DNA of 64,000 nucleotides from Eledone cirrhosa (Eukaryota): NCBI GenBank assembly GCA_964016885.1, contig OZ024745.1, positions 25,854,001 to 25,918,000 of the forward strand, read 5' to 3'. Shown piece by piece: positions 1 to 12,137 of this stretch (position 1 is its first letter; each line of letters starts with the position of its first letter). The notes under the pieces were generated by a model. It saw only the letters and a program-made list of their open reading frames with translations, ran no database searches and was not told where the DNA came from. The position numbers and the translations under genes were made by a program.

Positions 1-61
1 CACTTGTATATATTGGCATATACATATATACACATTTTCTCTCTCTCTCTCTCTTTCTCTC

Positions 62-99
<38 letters not shown>

Positions 100-178
100 C
101 ACACACGCATGTCTCCATATTTATATATATAACTCTATAGACATTTGCATATACACATGTGGAGATATGTAGATATGT

Positions 179-233
<55 letters not shown>
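62..233. repeat. (TA)n microsatellites
   Basis: Pure TA runs at about 70-94 and 180-233; these produce the YIYIYI ORF at 159..431. Confidence 0.95.
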
Positions 234-237
<4 letters not shown>

Positions 238-300
238 GCATTAGTTTTGATGAACAGTATTGCAGTTGCTCAATCTACGGAACTAGCAGCATTATATGTA

Positions 301-640
301 GGGCAGTGGATTGGCAGTGTATTGGTAGAGAGTCGGACGCCATGCTTTTCAGCAAAGAGTTACGGCCCTTTATCGTTCAAATCTTGCCGGGGTTAACTTT
401 GCCTTTCCTCCTTACGGGATCGATAAAATAAAGTACCAGTAATACACTGGGATAAGTGGACTGGCACTATCGGTCAAGCATCAGTCACCCTGCTTCGCAG
501 CATAGATTTACAGCCCTATGTGTTCTGAGTTCAAATCCTGTTGAGGTTAGCTTTGCCTTTCATCCTTACACTGGGATCGATTTAATCGACTTTCCTCTCC
601 TCAAAAATTGCAGGCCTTGTGCCTAAATCTAAAACCATTA
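301..640 (+). mobile_element. Two adjacent copies of tRNA-derived SINE family A
   Basis: GGGCAGTGGATTGGCAG head, GAGTTCAAATCC B-box-like motif, body GTTAACTTTGCCTTTCATCCTTAC..GATAAAATAAAGTACCAG and tail GGCCTTGTGCCTAAA, all shared with many copies in the window. Confidence 0.85.
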
Positions 641-1164
641 TATGTAATGTAATGTTAGCTTCTAGCAGAATCAATGTGACATATTATATATAAGCAGCTG
701 GCCCTTTGAATTACAGGAATAGTCTGTATGACAGGTTCGACATAGTGCCTGCCTAGCCAATTTCAATCCAAATGATTGCTCTGTGCTGAAGCTATGGTTG
801 AGGACTCTTGTTCAAATTCCATCTCGGTATGATCAAACCTGGGGCATCATGATGAGATTGAACATTTTAACCATGCACCCATTCTTACATACACATAATT
901 TTATTTACATATATATGGCATTATACAGAGGAGCTGGTAATAAAATATTGCCTTGAAAAAGTCTTGTCAAACCCATGTCAGCTTGGGAAATGGGTGACAA
1001 AACAACGATGGTAATGATCATACAGGTTTAAAGGTATACAGAGTTATTGACATTAAACTTATATTTTTACAAGCTCATCATGAGTGACAGTGGATTCATG
1101 CTGGAAGTCTGTAATATTAACCTCTATGAGATTCTTTCATCAAATAGATCTTCCTCCTCCTCCT

Positions 1165-1300
1165 CATCATCATTTAACGTCCATTTTTCATGCTAGCCTG
1201 GGTTGTACCATTGTAAGTCAACTCAGATGACTGTGTCTTGTTCATACAGAACCATTTCTGGCTTGGGTTCGACAGCTGGAGGCCCTTCCTAATGCCAACA
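1165..1300. mobile_element. Dispersed repeat family C (CAT-tailed SINE/LINE 3' end, probably minus sense)
   Basis: CATCATTTAACGTCCATTTTTCATGCTAG..GGGTT..AAGTCA..CAGATGACTGT recurs at about 2965-3120 and 6125-6180, and inverted at about 6735-6780 and 33430-33478. Confidence 0.6.
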
Positions 1301-1594
1301 GATATGAACAAATTTTTGGAAAGACTGGGATATGACCAAATATTTAGACCATCAACCTCTTCATGGAATCTTTGACCTGACCCCTCATCGACCTATACTA
1401 AAATCAATAAGCAAATAAATCAATCAGTGAACACTATATAAAATAAATATGCAGTAGAGGTTAATTATATATAAATCAGAAACCTGTATAAACAAGTTGT
1501 ATTTTATTGTATTAATTTATGTATTGTTCCATTGACCCTCTGTTGTCCTATCAGATGGTAGCACTAATGCTGACAACATTACAGACCTCTACAC

Positions 1595-1860
1595 TAGTGG
1601 TAACAGTGTTGGGCTTAGGATCATAATGTTGTAGGTTCAATTCCTGGACAAGGCTGTGTGTTGTGTTATTAAGCAAAACACTTCATTTCGTGTTGCTCCA
1701 GTATACCCAGCTGAAAATGAGTACCAGCAGCAACAGCTGGGGGTTTAATCCTGTGATGGACTGGTGTCCTGTCCAGAGGGGAGTCTTGTACTCTCAGTCA
1801 CTTCATGCCATGAAAACCAGGATGAGCACTAACCTGATGAACCTCAAGGCTTGAGGCAGA
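1595..1860 (+). mobile_element. tRNA-derived SINE family B (CORE-like middle)
   Basis: TAGTGGT A-box, GGTTCAATTCC B-box, then AGCAAAACACTTCATTTCGTGTTGCTCCAGT; homologous to 21490-21630 and others. Confidence 0.7.
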
Positions 1861-3145
1861 CTTTAGACACTAAGACATGGAGATTAGTGGAAGCTGCAAA
1901 TTAGGCTCATATAGTCATGGAAGGTTACACTTTATTGGCTTTGATAATTTTTAATTTTACTGTTTAGTTATGAAATGAAGAAGGATTGTTTGAATGTTGG
2001 ATTAAATGCTTTGTAGTAATAAATCTAGCTCTCTGGACCCCGAGTTCAAATATCGTTGAGGTCAACTTTGCCGTTTATCCTTTCGATGATGATGATGATG
2101 AAAACTCTACCAGCCCAGTACTAGGCTCGATTCTTCTATATTTCTTTCTCACCTCTCTCTCTCTCTCTCTCTCTCTCTAAGAAAGATGGCTGTATTCAGA
2201 CCAGGAGGGGAGATGTGTTGCACCAGTTTTAAAATGCCTAAGATGCTCTGTATGTCAATATGGTGTCCATGTCACTACATCATGAGTTATGGGTCCATAC
2301 ATACATTTGAAATGAAGAGGTCAGCACTCTAGACCACTTTCAATAGCTCTAAGACTTTTGGGAGGGATGTAGGAATATATACTCAAACACAACGCCCAGT
2401 CTGAATGCTTGCAGCAGTGGGGACTCTGTTAAATGTCCCCAAGCGTCAGTTGGTGGTGTTAAACTAGATAACCAGCCACAATGTGATTTGAACTCAGAAC
2501 ACAAAGAGTCAGAACAAACACCACAAAACCTCTCAGCTGATCATCTAACTATTATGTCAACCTACCAACATGAACTGGTGTTCAGATTTATTAATCCTTT
2601 CTAATGCCGACCTTTAATTGTTTTTAAGTAATGAATTGTATGTTTGTGTCACACTGGTGTGCTGCATGACATAAACAAACATTACCAGTTACCAAATCAA
2701 TGTCAGTGTGAAAGAGGGTCACATGCAGAGACTCGGAGACAAGTATACACATATACACACTCATGCAAGTGTGCATGTGTACACACACACACAGAAATAT
2801 GATGAGCATCTCTAGAATTTCCTTTCAACAGTGGAAATTAAACACAGTAAATACTGCAAGGTATTTTGTCCTACAGGTTGCTGACTCTACCAGTTTGCTG
2901 GTTAAAAGCTTTGTCATAAAACAATGAGTGCCAATATAAATAGTCTTGAGTTATCATCAGCTTCATCATCATCACAATTTAACATCCATTTTTTCATGCT
3001 AGTATGGGTTAGACGTGCTGTCCTATAGTGAGTCGAGTCAAGTCAGATGACTGTCTTACTCATACAGAACTCTTTCTGGCTTGGTTTCTATGGCTAGAAA
3101 CCCTTCCTATTGCCAACCACATTTACAGAGAGGCCTGGGTTCCTT

Positions 3146-3365
3146 TTAACCCTTTAGCATTCACATTACTCTATATATACTATTATATTTTCATGGTAAA
3201 GGCTTTACCTCACATAATATCTCACATAATATCGAATCTATGAGATTTTGAAGGTATTTATTTTGGGAACAATACCTTAACATCAGTTTGAACGACCAGT
3301 TACAGCCAGTTTCAACAGAGAGAGGTAGAGAATTCTGGCTGGTTTTGGCCGGTTTGAACATCAAA
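3146..3365 (+). mobile_element. piggyBac-like MITE (TTAA|CCCTTTAG end)
   Basis: Starts TTAACCCTTTAGCATT; a diverged inverted copy lies at 4424-4636, ending AATGCTAAAGGGTTAA. Confidence 0.6.
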
Positions 3366-4423
3366 TTGACCAGTTCACAGTGTGGAATGGATGCCTTTTG
3401 TTGTGTTAGGTTAAAAAGAATGTTGTCTACATCTTGAAATCAGAATCTATTGTTGTTACGAAATTTTAATGTTATTTTTATCATGCTGTGGTTTGGATGG
3501 GTCAGTTGTACAGAATGTTAGTTTGATCTCTTTAGTGAGTCCCATACATTTTAAGATCTAATCTCACTCAATTTTTCATTTTCTTCTTCTTTGTAGTTAA
3601 AAGGCTGTTTAATAATTTTTTAAAGCAATTCTCTATTTATTCTAATTAATTAACTTCATTACAAATGTATTTAATCTTTACTGTTACCCCTAAACAACCT
3701 ATCTTGTCTCAATAATCTCCTCTTTACACTGAGAAAGAGACACATGACCAACTTACTTCTTTGTCCCTACACTCCTATTATAGGCCATCATGAAAAGTCT
3801 TGGTTGTTTTAACTATTATGAAGGTTACCTTCACTTCTAAGAAACTGTACACTCACAAGACATCTGTTAATATGAAGGTTCTTTTCTGTTATCCAAATGT
3901 ACAGGAGAAATGGAGGGATGTAATATTGGGCGGAGTGAATCATTAATCCATTAAGATAATCACTCATTGGATCAACACCACCACCTGGTCCTTGTGTGCC
4001 TTTAGCAAAGCCCACTGTTTTAAGCATTTGAGGCCAGGCCTCTCGTTTGAGGGAACTTTAACCCCCCCCCCTCTCATTAGTTTCTGAGGTTATGAAGAGG
4101 GTCAGGGATACTGCCATTCGCTCCCTGACTAAACAGTAAAGAGCTGGTCCCCCCTCCTCCAAGTCCCTCTAATGATACTGAGTTGATAAATATGCCCAGT
4201 GTATTCTGTTAATGATTGATAATGGGGAAAGCATCCAGTTGTAAAATCCCTACCAAATAACCAAACTACACAACATTGAATACAAAGCCAACAAGTGATA
4301 TATTAGATGTATACTTAACTGGCTAGAAATTGCAGCCAAATATACTTAAAAATTCACTGTTTCATAGTATTGTTTGATCAGGTATGAGCTGGGCTTACAC
4401 AAATCATTGAAGTACATTGAGCC

Positions 4424-4636
4424 CCCCTTTAGTATTTAAACTGGCCCTATCCAGCCAGAATTCTCTCAGCTCTTTCTGTTCAAACTGGCTGTAACCAGCC
4501 GCTCATATTGATGTTAAGGTATTGCTCTTAACATAAATTACATCAAAATCTCATAGATTCAATATTATGTGAGGTAACACCTTTACTGTGAAAATACAAT
4601 AGTAAATATAGAGCAATGTAAATGCTAAAGGGTTAA
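4424..4636 (-). mobile_element. piggyBac-like MITE, second copy, inverted
   Basis: Reverse complement of 3146-3365; CCCTTTAG...CTAAAGGG termini with TTAA on the right. Confidence 0.6.
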
Positions 4637-5706
4637 AGAGGTGATAAGACAGTTCTATGTTTAAACCCCACTGAGATCAACCTTACATTAATTTCTTTTC
4701 GGATTGCTTGAATAAATTACCACTCCAGAGTGGCGGGTTGGCAGAATGGTTAAAACAGGTGACAAACTGCCTGCAGTATTTGTTCCAGTTCTTTGTGTGC
4801 TGAGTTCAAATCCTGTCGTAGGCTACTTTGGCAATAGATTTGAATTCACTGCCCAGTTTAACACTGTCAGAAACATGCAATAGACTCCACTCTGTTGCAT
4901 TCATTCAGGCTAGATCTCCAAAGACGGGTCAGCTTATATTTGGATTGGTTAATATTTGAGTCTATATGGTAGTTGATATATACAAGCATGGGAAATTTAA
5001 AAAAAGAAAATAAACCGGAGCCTAATGGAGTTGATATTTACACATCTAAGGATCATAGCTCAACACTTTTTCTCAAGAAAATCAAATCTATATGAAGCAC
5101 AAAATATTATTTACTTTTAAAAATATTATCATAGGTTTTCTTATCCTAATAACAGTTACTTTTGTCAACGTTCAGTTCTAAAGATTTTACAAAATCATAT
5201 ATAAATAAAATATTTAAGAATTCTCTTAGCTTGGTATTTGTAAGTTAAATACCTTCAGATTAATATAAATATTGATTTGTAATTCAGGTAAAAGGAAAAA
5301 AAAAGCCAACAAATTTGGTGAGGAAGGGGAAAAATTGATTAAATCAACCTCAGGGTAAAAGGCAATATATGACCATGGCAGGATTTGAACTCAGCATGTA
5401 AAGAACCAGAAAAAACATCGCATTGGCATTTTATCCGACGGCTCTACCAATTCTGACAGTCCAACCCACCATTACATTACGTCCTACAAATATTAAATGA
5501 TATTAATGCTAAGGGAAATAACTCCTTTAAAATATTTTGAATTACCTCCCTTGAAATGAATTTGCCAATCCACTATAACTCGTGTTACACTTTAAATCTC
5601 TCTCTCTCTATCGCTCTTCCACCGTAACCATCTGTTTTTTCTGCTGGAAGGAAATATGAAACATTGCGATTTCCTTTGCTTTTCTTTTTACACAATAAAA
5701 TATAAC

Positions 5707-5887
5707 TGTTTCTACTTTAGGCACAAGGCCAGCAATTTCCCAGTGCATTACTGGTACTTTATTTTATCGACGCCGTAAGGATGAAAGGCAAAGTTAACCT
5801 CGGCGGGATTTGAACTCGGATCGTAAAGGGACGTAACTATGCTGGAAAGCATGGTGTCTGACCCTCTACCGATACTGCCAATCCACC
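5707..5887 (-). mobile_element. SINE family A with 11-bp target-site duplication
   Basis: Near-complete reverse copy flanked by TAAAATATAAC at 5696-5706 and 5888-5898. Confidence 0.9.
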
Positions 5888-6327
5888 TAAAATATAACAC
5901 AACTCTATATGTTTGGGTTATTCAAATCAAGCATCAGTCAAAAAAATTATGCTAAGGTTCATAAAACATATCTCACGAGCAGAATTGGCAGAGAAATGTC
6001 TCATAAGCATCATTGAACGCTAGGCGCGTGTTAGTGAGAGAAATTTATGCAGGGGAGATAACTTTTGTACTATTTTGAAATAAGAGTTGTATATATTTGT
6101 GTACTTCATAGTCAAATCTTAATCATTATCACCACCGTTTAATGTCAATTTTCCATGCTTGCATGAGTCTAACCCGGTCAGATGTTGCGACACAATTTTT
6201 TTAGATGCAATTTCTTCTGGCCGCCTGTTTAATTAGCTCAGCAGTTGGTCTACACCAACGATCCCCAGCCTGGGGTCCGGGCCTGAGCTAAGTTGAAATA
6301 CTTTTCAAGTACTTTATTATAAACATA

Positions 6328-6503
6328 ATTGTTTCTACATTTGGCACTAGGCCAGCATTACCCAGTACATTACTGGTACTTTATTTTATCGACTGCGTAA
6401 GGATGAAAGGCAAAGTTAACCTCGGCGGGATTTGAACTCAGACCGTAAAGGGACATAACTATGCTGGAAAGCATGGCGCCCGACCCTCTACCGATACTGC
6501 CAA
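6328..6503 (-). mobile_element. SINE family A
   Basis: Highly similar to 5707-5887. Confidence 0.85.
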
Positions 6504-6989
6504 CATACTACCGGGTGTCCATTTTTCTCTTTTTCCAGTGTTATTGTCACAGTGTAATAATATGGAGGTAGAGTAATTCTAGCGGTGGGTCGTTCAATGG
6601 GAAAATGTATGGTAGGAAGACCAAGGAAGACATAGGTAAAAGTGGTGAGAGCGGATTTCGAAACACTGAAGGGGTTTAAGTAGACGAATAAACGCAGGAG
6701 GTAGAGTGAAGTGGTGTTATCACAGGAAAGACCCATTCATGCAAGCTGGGAAAGTGGATGTAAAAGGGTGATGATGAAAAGGGGCTACTTGGAGAGAAAA
6801 GGTTGGGAGAATCACTGTTTTATATGAAGTGACAAAATAGCTAACTGGTAGTGACTACTCTGAAAATAGTTGCAGTCTGTCGTTCTCCCTCCAGCAGGCA
6901 CTACAGTAAGTTGTTTAACAGTCAGCAGCATCTGTGTGGTAAACATAGCTGGCATTTTCGGAGGTAGCGTTGAAATATCATCCATCGTT

Positions 6990-7330
6990 AACCACCAGGG
7001 TCGTCATCATTATCATAATCATTATAATCGACGTTGTCATCATCCCCCCCCCCCCCCCCGCCGTCGTCAACATCACCACCACCACCGTCGGCGTCGTCAA
7101 CATCGTCATCATCACCACCACCGTCAACATCATCACCACCGTCGTTAACATCATCACCACCACCACCACCGTCGTCAACATCATCATCACCACCACCACC
7201 ACCGTCATCACTACCACCACCACCGTCAACATCGTCATCATCATCACCACCACCACCACCGTCATCACCACCACCACCACCGTCAACATCGTCATCATCA
7301 TCACCACCATCATCGTCACCATCGTTGCCT
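6990..7330. repeat. (CAC/CAT/CGT)n compound trinucleotide repeat
   Basis: Direct reading; accounts for five overlapping low-complexity ORFs. Confidence 0.9.
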
Positions 7331-7419
7331 TCATTTTTATAGGACTTTCTCAGATGGGTCATTGGCCGTATGCCATTACTTATGTGCTCCAGTTAGTGAG
7401 TTAAATTCAAAATCTGTTT

Positions 7420-7582
7420 TGAGCCGAAAGCTCATCAGACTGGTGCATATCCCGGATTTCCTTGGCATTAAGCGACTGAGAGTACACGACTCTCCCTAGA
7501 TAGTACGCCGCTCTATCGCAGATTTAAATCCCCAGCTACTGCTGGTACTCTCTCTCAATCGAGTGTACTGGAGCAACATGCT
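7420..7582 (-). mobile_element. SINE family B 3' part
   Basis: Reverse of the 1690-1850 segment (GCTGGTACTC..ACTGGAGCAAC). Confidence 0.55.
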
Positions 7583-7908
7583 ACAGTTAGGGGAAACTGA
7601 AATAAAAAACAAAACAAATTATATCGTCTTTTGTAACGAACAGGTTGATAAATTCGTCAATCTATTGGTTGTCAGTTTAAATTGAAATCACATCAACACA
7701 GATATAGCTTATCTACAGCATATAATTATATAAGTTATTTGAAGATATCTGTTTACAATAGAATCTAAGTACAATGACTTGCAGCGATACATTCTCAGCG
7801 GCAACCTGATAGAATCGGTGTCGCTTTTTCATAGATTTCTTGATAAGTCCTCAGGGATAGAAACATTCGCTGGCCTGGGCTCCTGAAACATTTCCCTACC
7901 CACATTGA

Positions 7909-10900
7909 TCAGGATGGAAATGGACTTACGCAAGAACGAGTCTCATGGCGTAGATTGGCTTTGCAATGTACTCTTGCCATCTTTCGGGCTAACGTAGACT
8001 GGCCCTTCCAATATATCTCTCTTGCCATCTTTCGGGCTAATGTAGACTGGCCCTTGCCATCTTTCGGACTAACGTAGACTGGCCCTTCCAATATATCTCT
8101 CTTGCCATCTTTCGGGCTAACATAGACTGTCCTTTCCAATATATCTCTTTTGCCATCTTTCGGGCTAACGTAGACTGGCCCTTCCAATATATCTCTCTTG
8201 CCATCTTTCGGGCTAACATAGACTGTCCCTTCCAATATATCTCTCTTGCCATCTTTCGGGCTAACATAGACTGTCCCTTCCAATATATCTCTTTTGCCAT
8301 CTTTCGGGCTAACGTAGACTGGCCCTTCCAATATATCTCTCTTGCCATCTTTCGGGCTAACATAGACTGTCCCTTCCAATATATCTCTCTTGCCATCTTT
8401 CGGGCTAACATAGACTGTCCCTTCCAATATATCTCTTTTGCCATCTTTCGGGCTAACGCAGACTGGCCCTTCCAATATATCTCTCTTGCCATATTTCGGA
8501 CTAACATAGACTGGCCCTTCCAATATATCTCTTTTGCCATCTTTCGGGCTAACATAGACTGTCCCTTCCAATATATCTCTTTTGCCATCTTTCGGGCTAA
8601 TGTAGACTGGCCCTTCCAATATATCTCTCTTGCCATCTTTCGGGCTAACATAGACTGTCCCTTCCAATATATCTCTCTTGCCATCTTTCGGGTTAACATA
8701 GACTGTCCCTTCCAATATATCTCTTTTGCCATCTTTCGGGCTAACGTAGACTGGCCCTTCCAATATATCTCTCTTGCCATATTTCGGGCTAACATAGACT
8801 GGCCCTTCCAATATATCTCTTTTGCCATCTTTCGGGCTAACATAGACTGTCCCTTCCAATATATCTCTTTTGCCATCTTTCGGGCTAACGTAGACTGGCC
8901 CTTCCAATATATCTCTCTTGCCATCTTTCGGGCTAACATAGACTGTCCCTTCCAATATATCTCTCTTGCCATCTTTCGGGCTAACATAGACTGTCCCTTC
9001 CAATATATCTCTTTTGCCATCTTTCGGGCTAACGTAGACTGGCCCTTCCAATATATCTCTCTTGCCATATTTCGGACTAACATAGACTGGCCCTTCCAAT
9101 ATATCTCTTTTGCCATCTTTCGGGCTAACATAGACTGTCCCTTCCAATATATCTCTTTTGCCATCTTTCGGGCTAACGTAGACTGGCTCTTCCAATATAT
9201 CTCTCTTGCCATCTTTCGGGCTAACATAGACTGTCCCTTCCAATATATCTCTCTTGCCATCTTTCGGGCTAACATAGACTGTCCCTTCCAATATATCTCT
9301 TTTGCCATCTTTCGGGCTAACGTAGACTGGCCCTTCCAATATATCTCTCTTGCCATATTTCGGGCTAACATAGACTGGACCTTCCAATATATCTCTTTTG
9401 CCATCTTTCGGGCTAACATAGACTGTCCCTTCCAACATATCTCTTTTGCCATCTTTCGGGCTAACGTAGACTGGCCCTTCCAATATATCTCTCTTGCCAT
9501 CTTTCGGGCTAACGTAGACTGGCTCTTCCAATATATCTCTTTTGCCATCTTTCGGGCTAACGTAGACTGGCCCTTCCAATATATCTCTTTTGCCATATTT
9601 CGGGCTAACATAGACTGTCCCTTCCAATATATCTCTTTTGCCATCTTTTGGGCTAACGTAGACTGGCCCTTCCAATATATCTCTCTTGCCATCTTTCGGG
9701 CTAACATAGACTGTCCCTTCCAATATATCTCTTTTGCCATCTTTCGGGCTAACGTAGACTGGCCCTTCCAATATATCTTTCTTGCCATATTTCGGGCTAA
9801 CGTAGACTGGCCCTTCCAATATATCTCTTTTGCCATCTTTCGGGCTAACGTAGACTGGCCCTTCCAATGTATCTTTCTTGCCATATTTCGGGCTAACGTA
9901 GACTGGCCCTTCCAATATATCTCTCTTGCCATATTTCGAGCTAACGTAGACTGGCCCTTCCAATATATCTCTCTTGCCATCTTTCGGGCTAACGTAGACT
10001 GGCCCTTCCAATATATCTCTTTTGTCATCTTTCGGGCTAACATAGACTGGCTCTTTCAATATATCTCTCTTGCCATCTTTCGGGCTAACATAGACTGTCC
10101 CTTCCAATATATCTCTTTTGCCATCTTTCGGGCTAACGTAGACTGGCCCTTCCAATATATCTCTCTTGCCATATTTCGGACTAACATAGACTGGCCCTTC
10201 CAATATATCTCTTTTGCCATCTTTCGGGCTAACATAGACTGTCCCTTCCAATATATCTCTTTTGCCATCTTTCGGGCTAACGTAGACTGGCCCTTCCAAT
10301 ATATCTCTCTTGCCATCTTTCGGGCTAACATAGACTGCCCCTTCCAATATATCTCTCTTGCCATCTTTCGGGCTAACATAGACTGTCCCTTCCAATATAT
10401 CTCTTTTGCCATCTTTCGGACTAACGTAGACTGGCCCTTCCAATATATCTCTCTTGCCATATTTCGGGCTAACATAGACTGGCCCTTCCAATATATCTCT
10501 TTTGCCATCTTTCGGGCTAACATAGACTGTCCCTTCCAATATATCTCTTTTGCCATCTTTCGGGCTAACGTAGACTGGCCCTTCCAATATATCTCTCTTG
10601 CCATCTTTCGGGCTAACATAGACTGTCCCTTCCAATATATCTCTTTTGCCATCTTTCGGGCTAACATAGACTGTCCCTTCCAATATATCTCTTTTGCCAT
10701 CTTTCGGGCTAACGTAGACTGGCCCTCCCAATATATCTCTCTTGCCATATTTCGGACTAACATAGACTGGCCCTTCCAATATATCTCTTTTGCCATCTTT
10801 CGGGCTAACATAGACTGTCCCTTCCAATATATCTCTTTTGCCATCTTTCGGGCTAACGTAGACTGGCCCTTCCAATATATCTCTCTTGCCATCTTTCGGG

Positions 10901-12137
10901 CTAACGTAGACTGGCCCTTCCAATATATCTCTCTTGCCATCTTTCGGGCTAACGTAGACTGGCCCTTCCAATATATCTCTTTTGCCATCTTTCGGGCTAA
11001 CATAGACTGTCCCTTCCAATATATCTCTTTTGCCATCTTTTGGGCTAACGTAGACTGGCCCTTCCCATATATCTCTCTTGCCATCTTTCGGGCTAACATA
11101 GACTGTCCCTTCCAATATATCTCTTTTGCCATCTTTCGGGCTAACGTAGACTGGCCCTTCCAATATATCTTTCTTGCCATATTTCGGGCTAACGTAGACT
11201 GGCCCTTCCAATATATCTCTTTTGCCATCTTTCGGGCTAACGTAGACTGGCCCTTCCAATGTATCTTTCTTGCCATATTTCGGGCTAACGTAGACTGGCC
11301 CTTACAATATATCCCTCTTGCCATATTTCGAGCTAACGTAGACTGGCCCTTCCAATATATCTCTTTTGCCATCTTTCGGGCTAACGTAGACTGGCCCTTC
11401 CAATATATCTCTTTTGCCATCTTTCGGGCTAACGTAGACTGGCCCTTCCAATATATCTTTCTTGCCATATTTCGGGCTAACGTAGACTGGCCCTTCCAAT
11501 ATATCTCTTTTGCCATCTTTCGGGCTAACGTAGACTGGCCCTTCCAATATATCTCTCTTGCCATCTTTCGGGCTAACGTAGACTGGCCCTTCCAATATAT
11601 CTCTTTTGTCATCTTTCGGGCTAACGTAGACTGGCCCTTCCAATATATCTCTCTTGCCATCTTTCGGGCTAACGTAGACTGGCCCTTCCAATATATCTCT
11701 TTTGCCATCTTTCGGGCTAACGTAGACTGGCCCTTCCAATATATCTCTCTTGCCATCTTTCGGGCTAACGTAGACTGGCCCTTCCAATATATCTCTTTTG
11801 TTATCTTTCGGGCTAACATAGACTGGCTCTTTCAATATATCTCTCTTGCCATCTTTCGGGCTAACATAGACTGTCCCTTCCAATATATCTCTCTTGCCAT
11901 ATTTCGGGCTAACATAGGCTGTCCCTTCCAATATATCTCTTTTGCCATCTTTCGAGCTAACGTAGTCTGGCTTTGCAATGTATCTTTCTTGCCATATTTC
12001 GGGCTAACATAGACTGGTTCTTTCAATGTACCTCTCTTGCCATATTTCGGGCTAACATAGACTGGCTCTTTCAATGTACCTCTCTTCGGGCTAATACATT
12101 CTCCATTTTGTCTGCCGGAACTGCGAACCAATTGCAT
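7909..12137 (-). CDS. Candidate multi-copy amidated peptide (neuropeptide-like) precursor exon or pseudogene: (DILEG[P/T]VYVSPK[D/Y]-G-K-[R/K])n
   Basis: The ORF-track pieces 11302..11931 and 7909..11259 are one frame split by a single TAA at 11302-11304. 11832..12137 begins in the same peptide register and joins via a 1-bp deletion near 11970. Almost every unit ends Gly plus a dibasic pair. No signal-peptide exon seen. Confidence 0.35.
7950..12095. repeat. 48-bp tandem array, about 85 units, with higher-order structure
   Basis: Unit GCCATCTTTCGGGCTAAC(G/A)TAGACTG(G/T)CCCTTCCAATATATCTCT(C/T)TT repeated head-to-tail without spacers. Confidence 0.98.

Noticed and set aside
1772-1860. CTGATGA followed by a CCTCAAG/CTTGAGG hairpin near 1834-1856
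   Set aside because: No GAAA or stem III; lies in a SINE tail.
6870-7404. Gly/Asp-, Pro/Ser-, His- and Thr-rich ORFs (also 15035-15411)
   Set aside because: Trinucleotide repeat open in most frames; no splice or domain support.
8037-11819. Alternative frame (MAREIYWKGQSTLARK)n as the real protein
   Set aside because: Also interrupted by stops; the common variants are non-synonymous in it; no recognisable processing motif.
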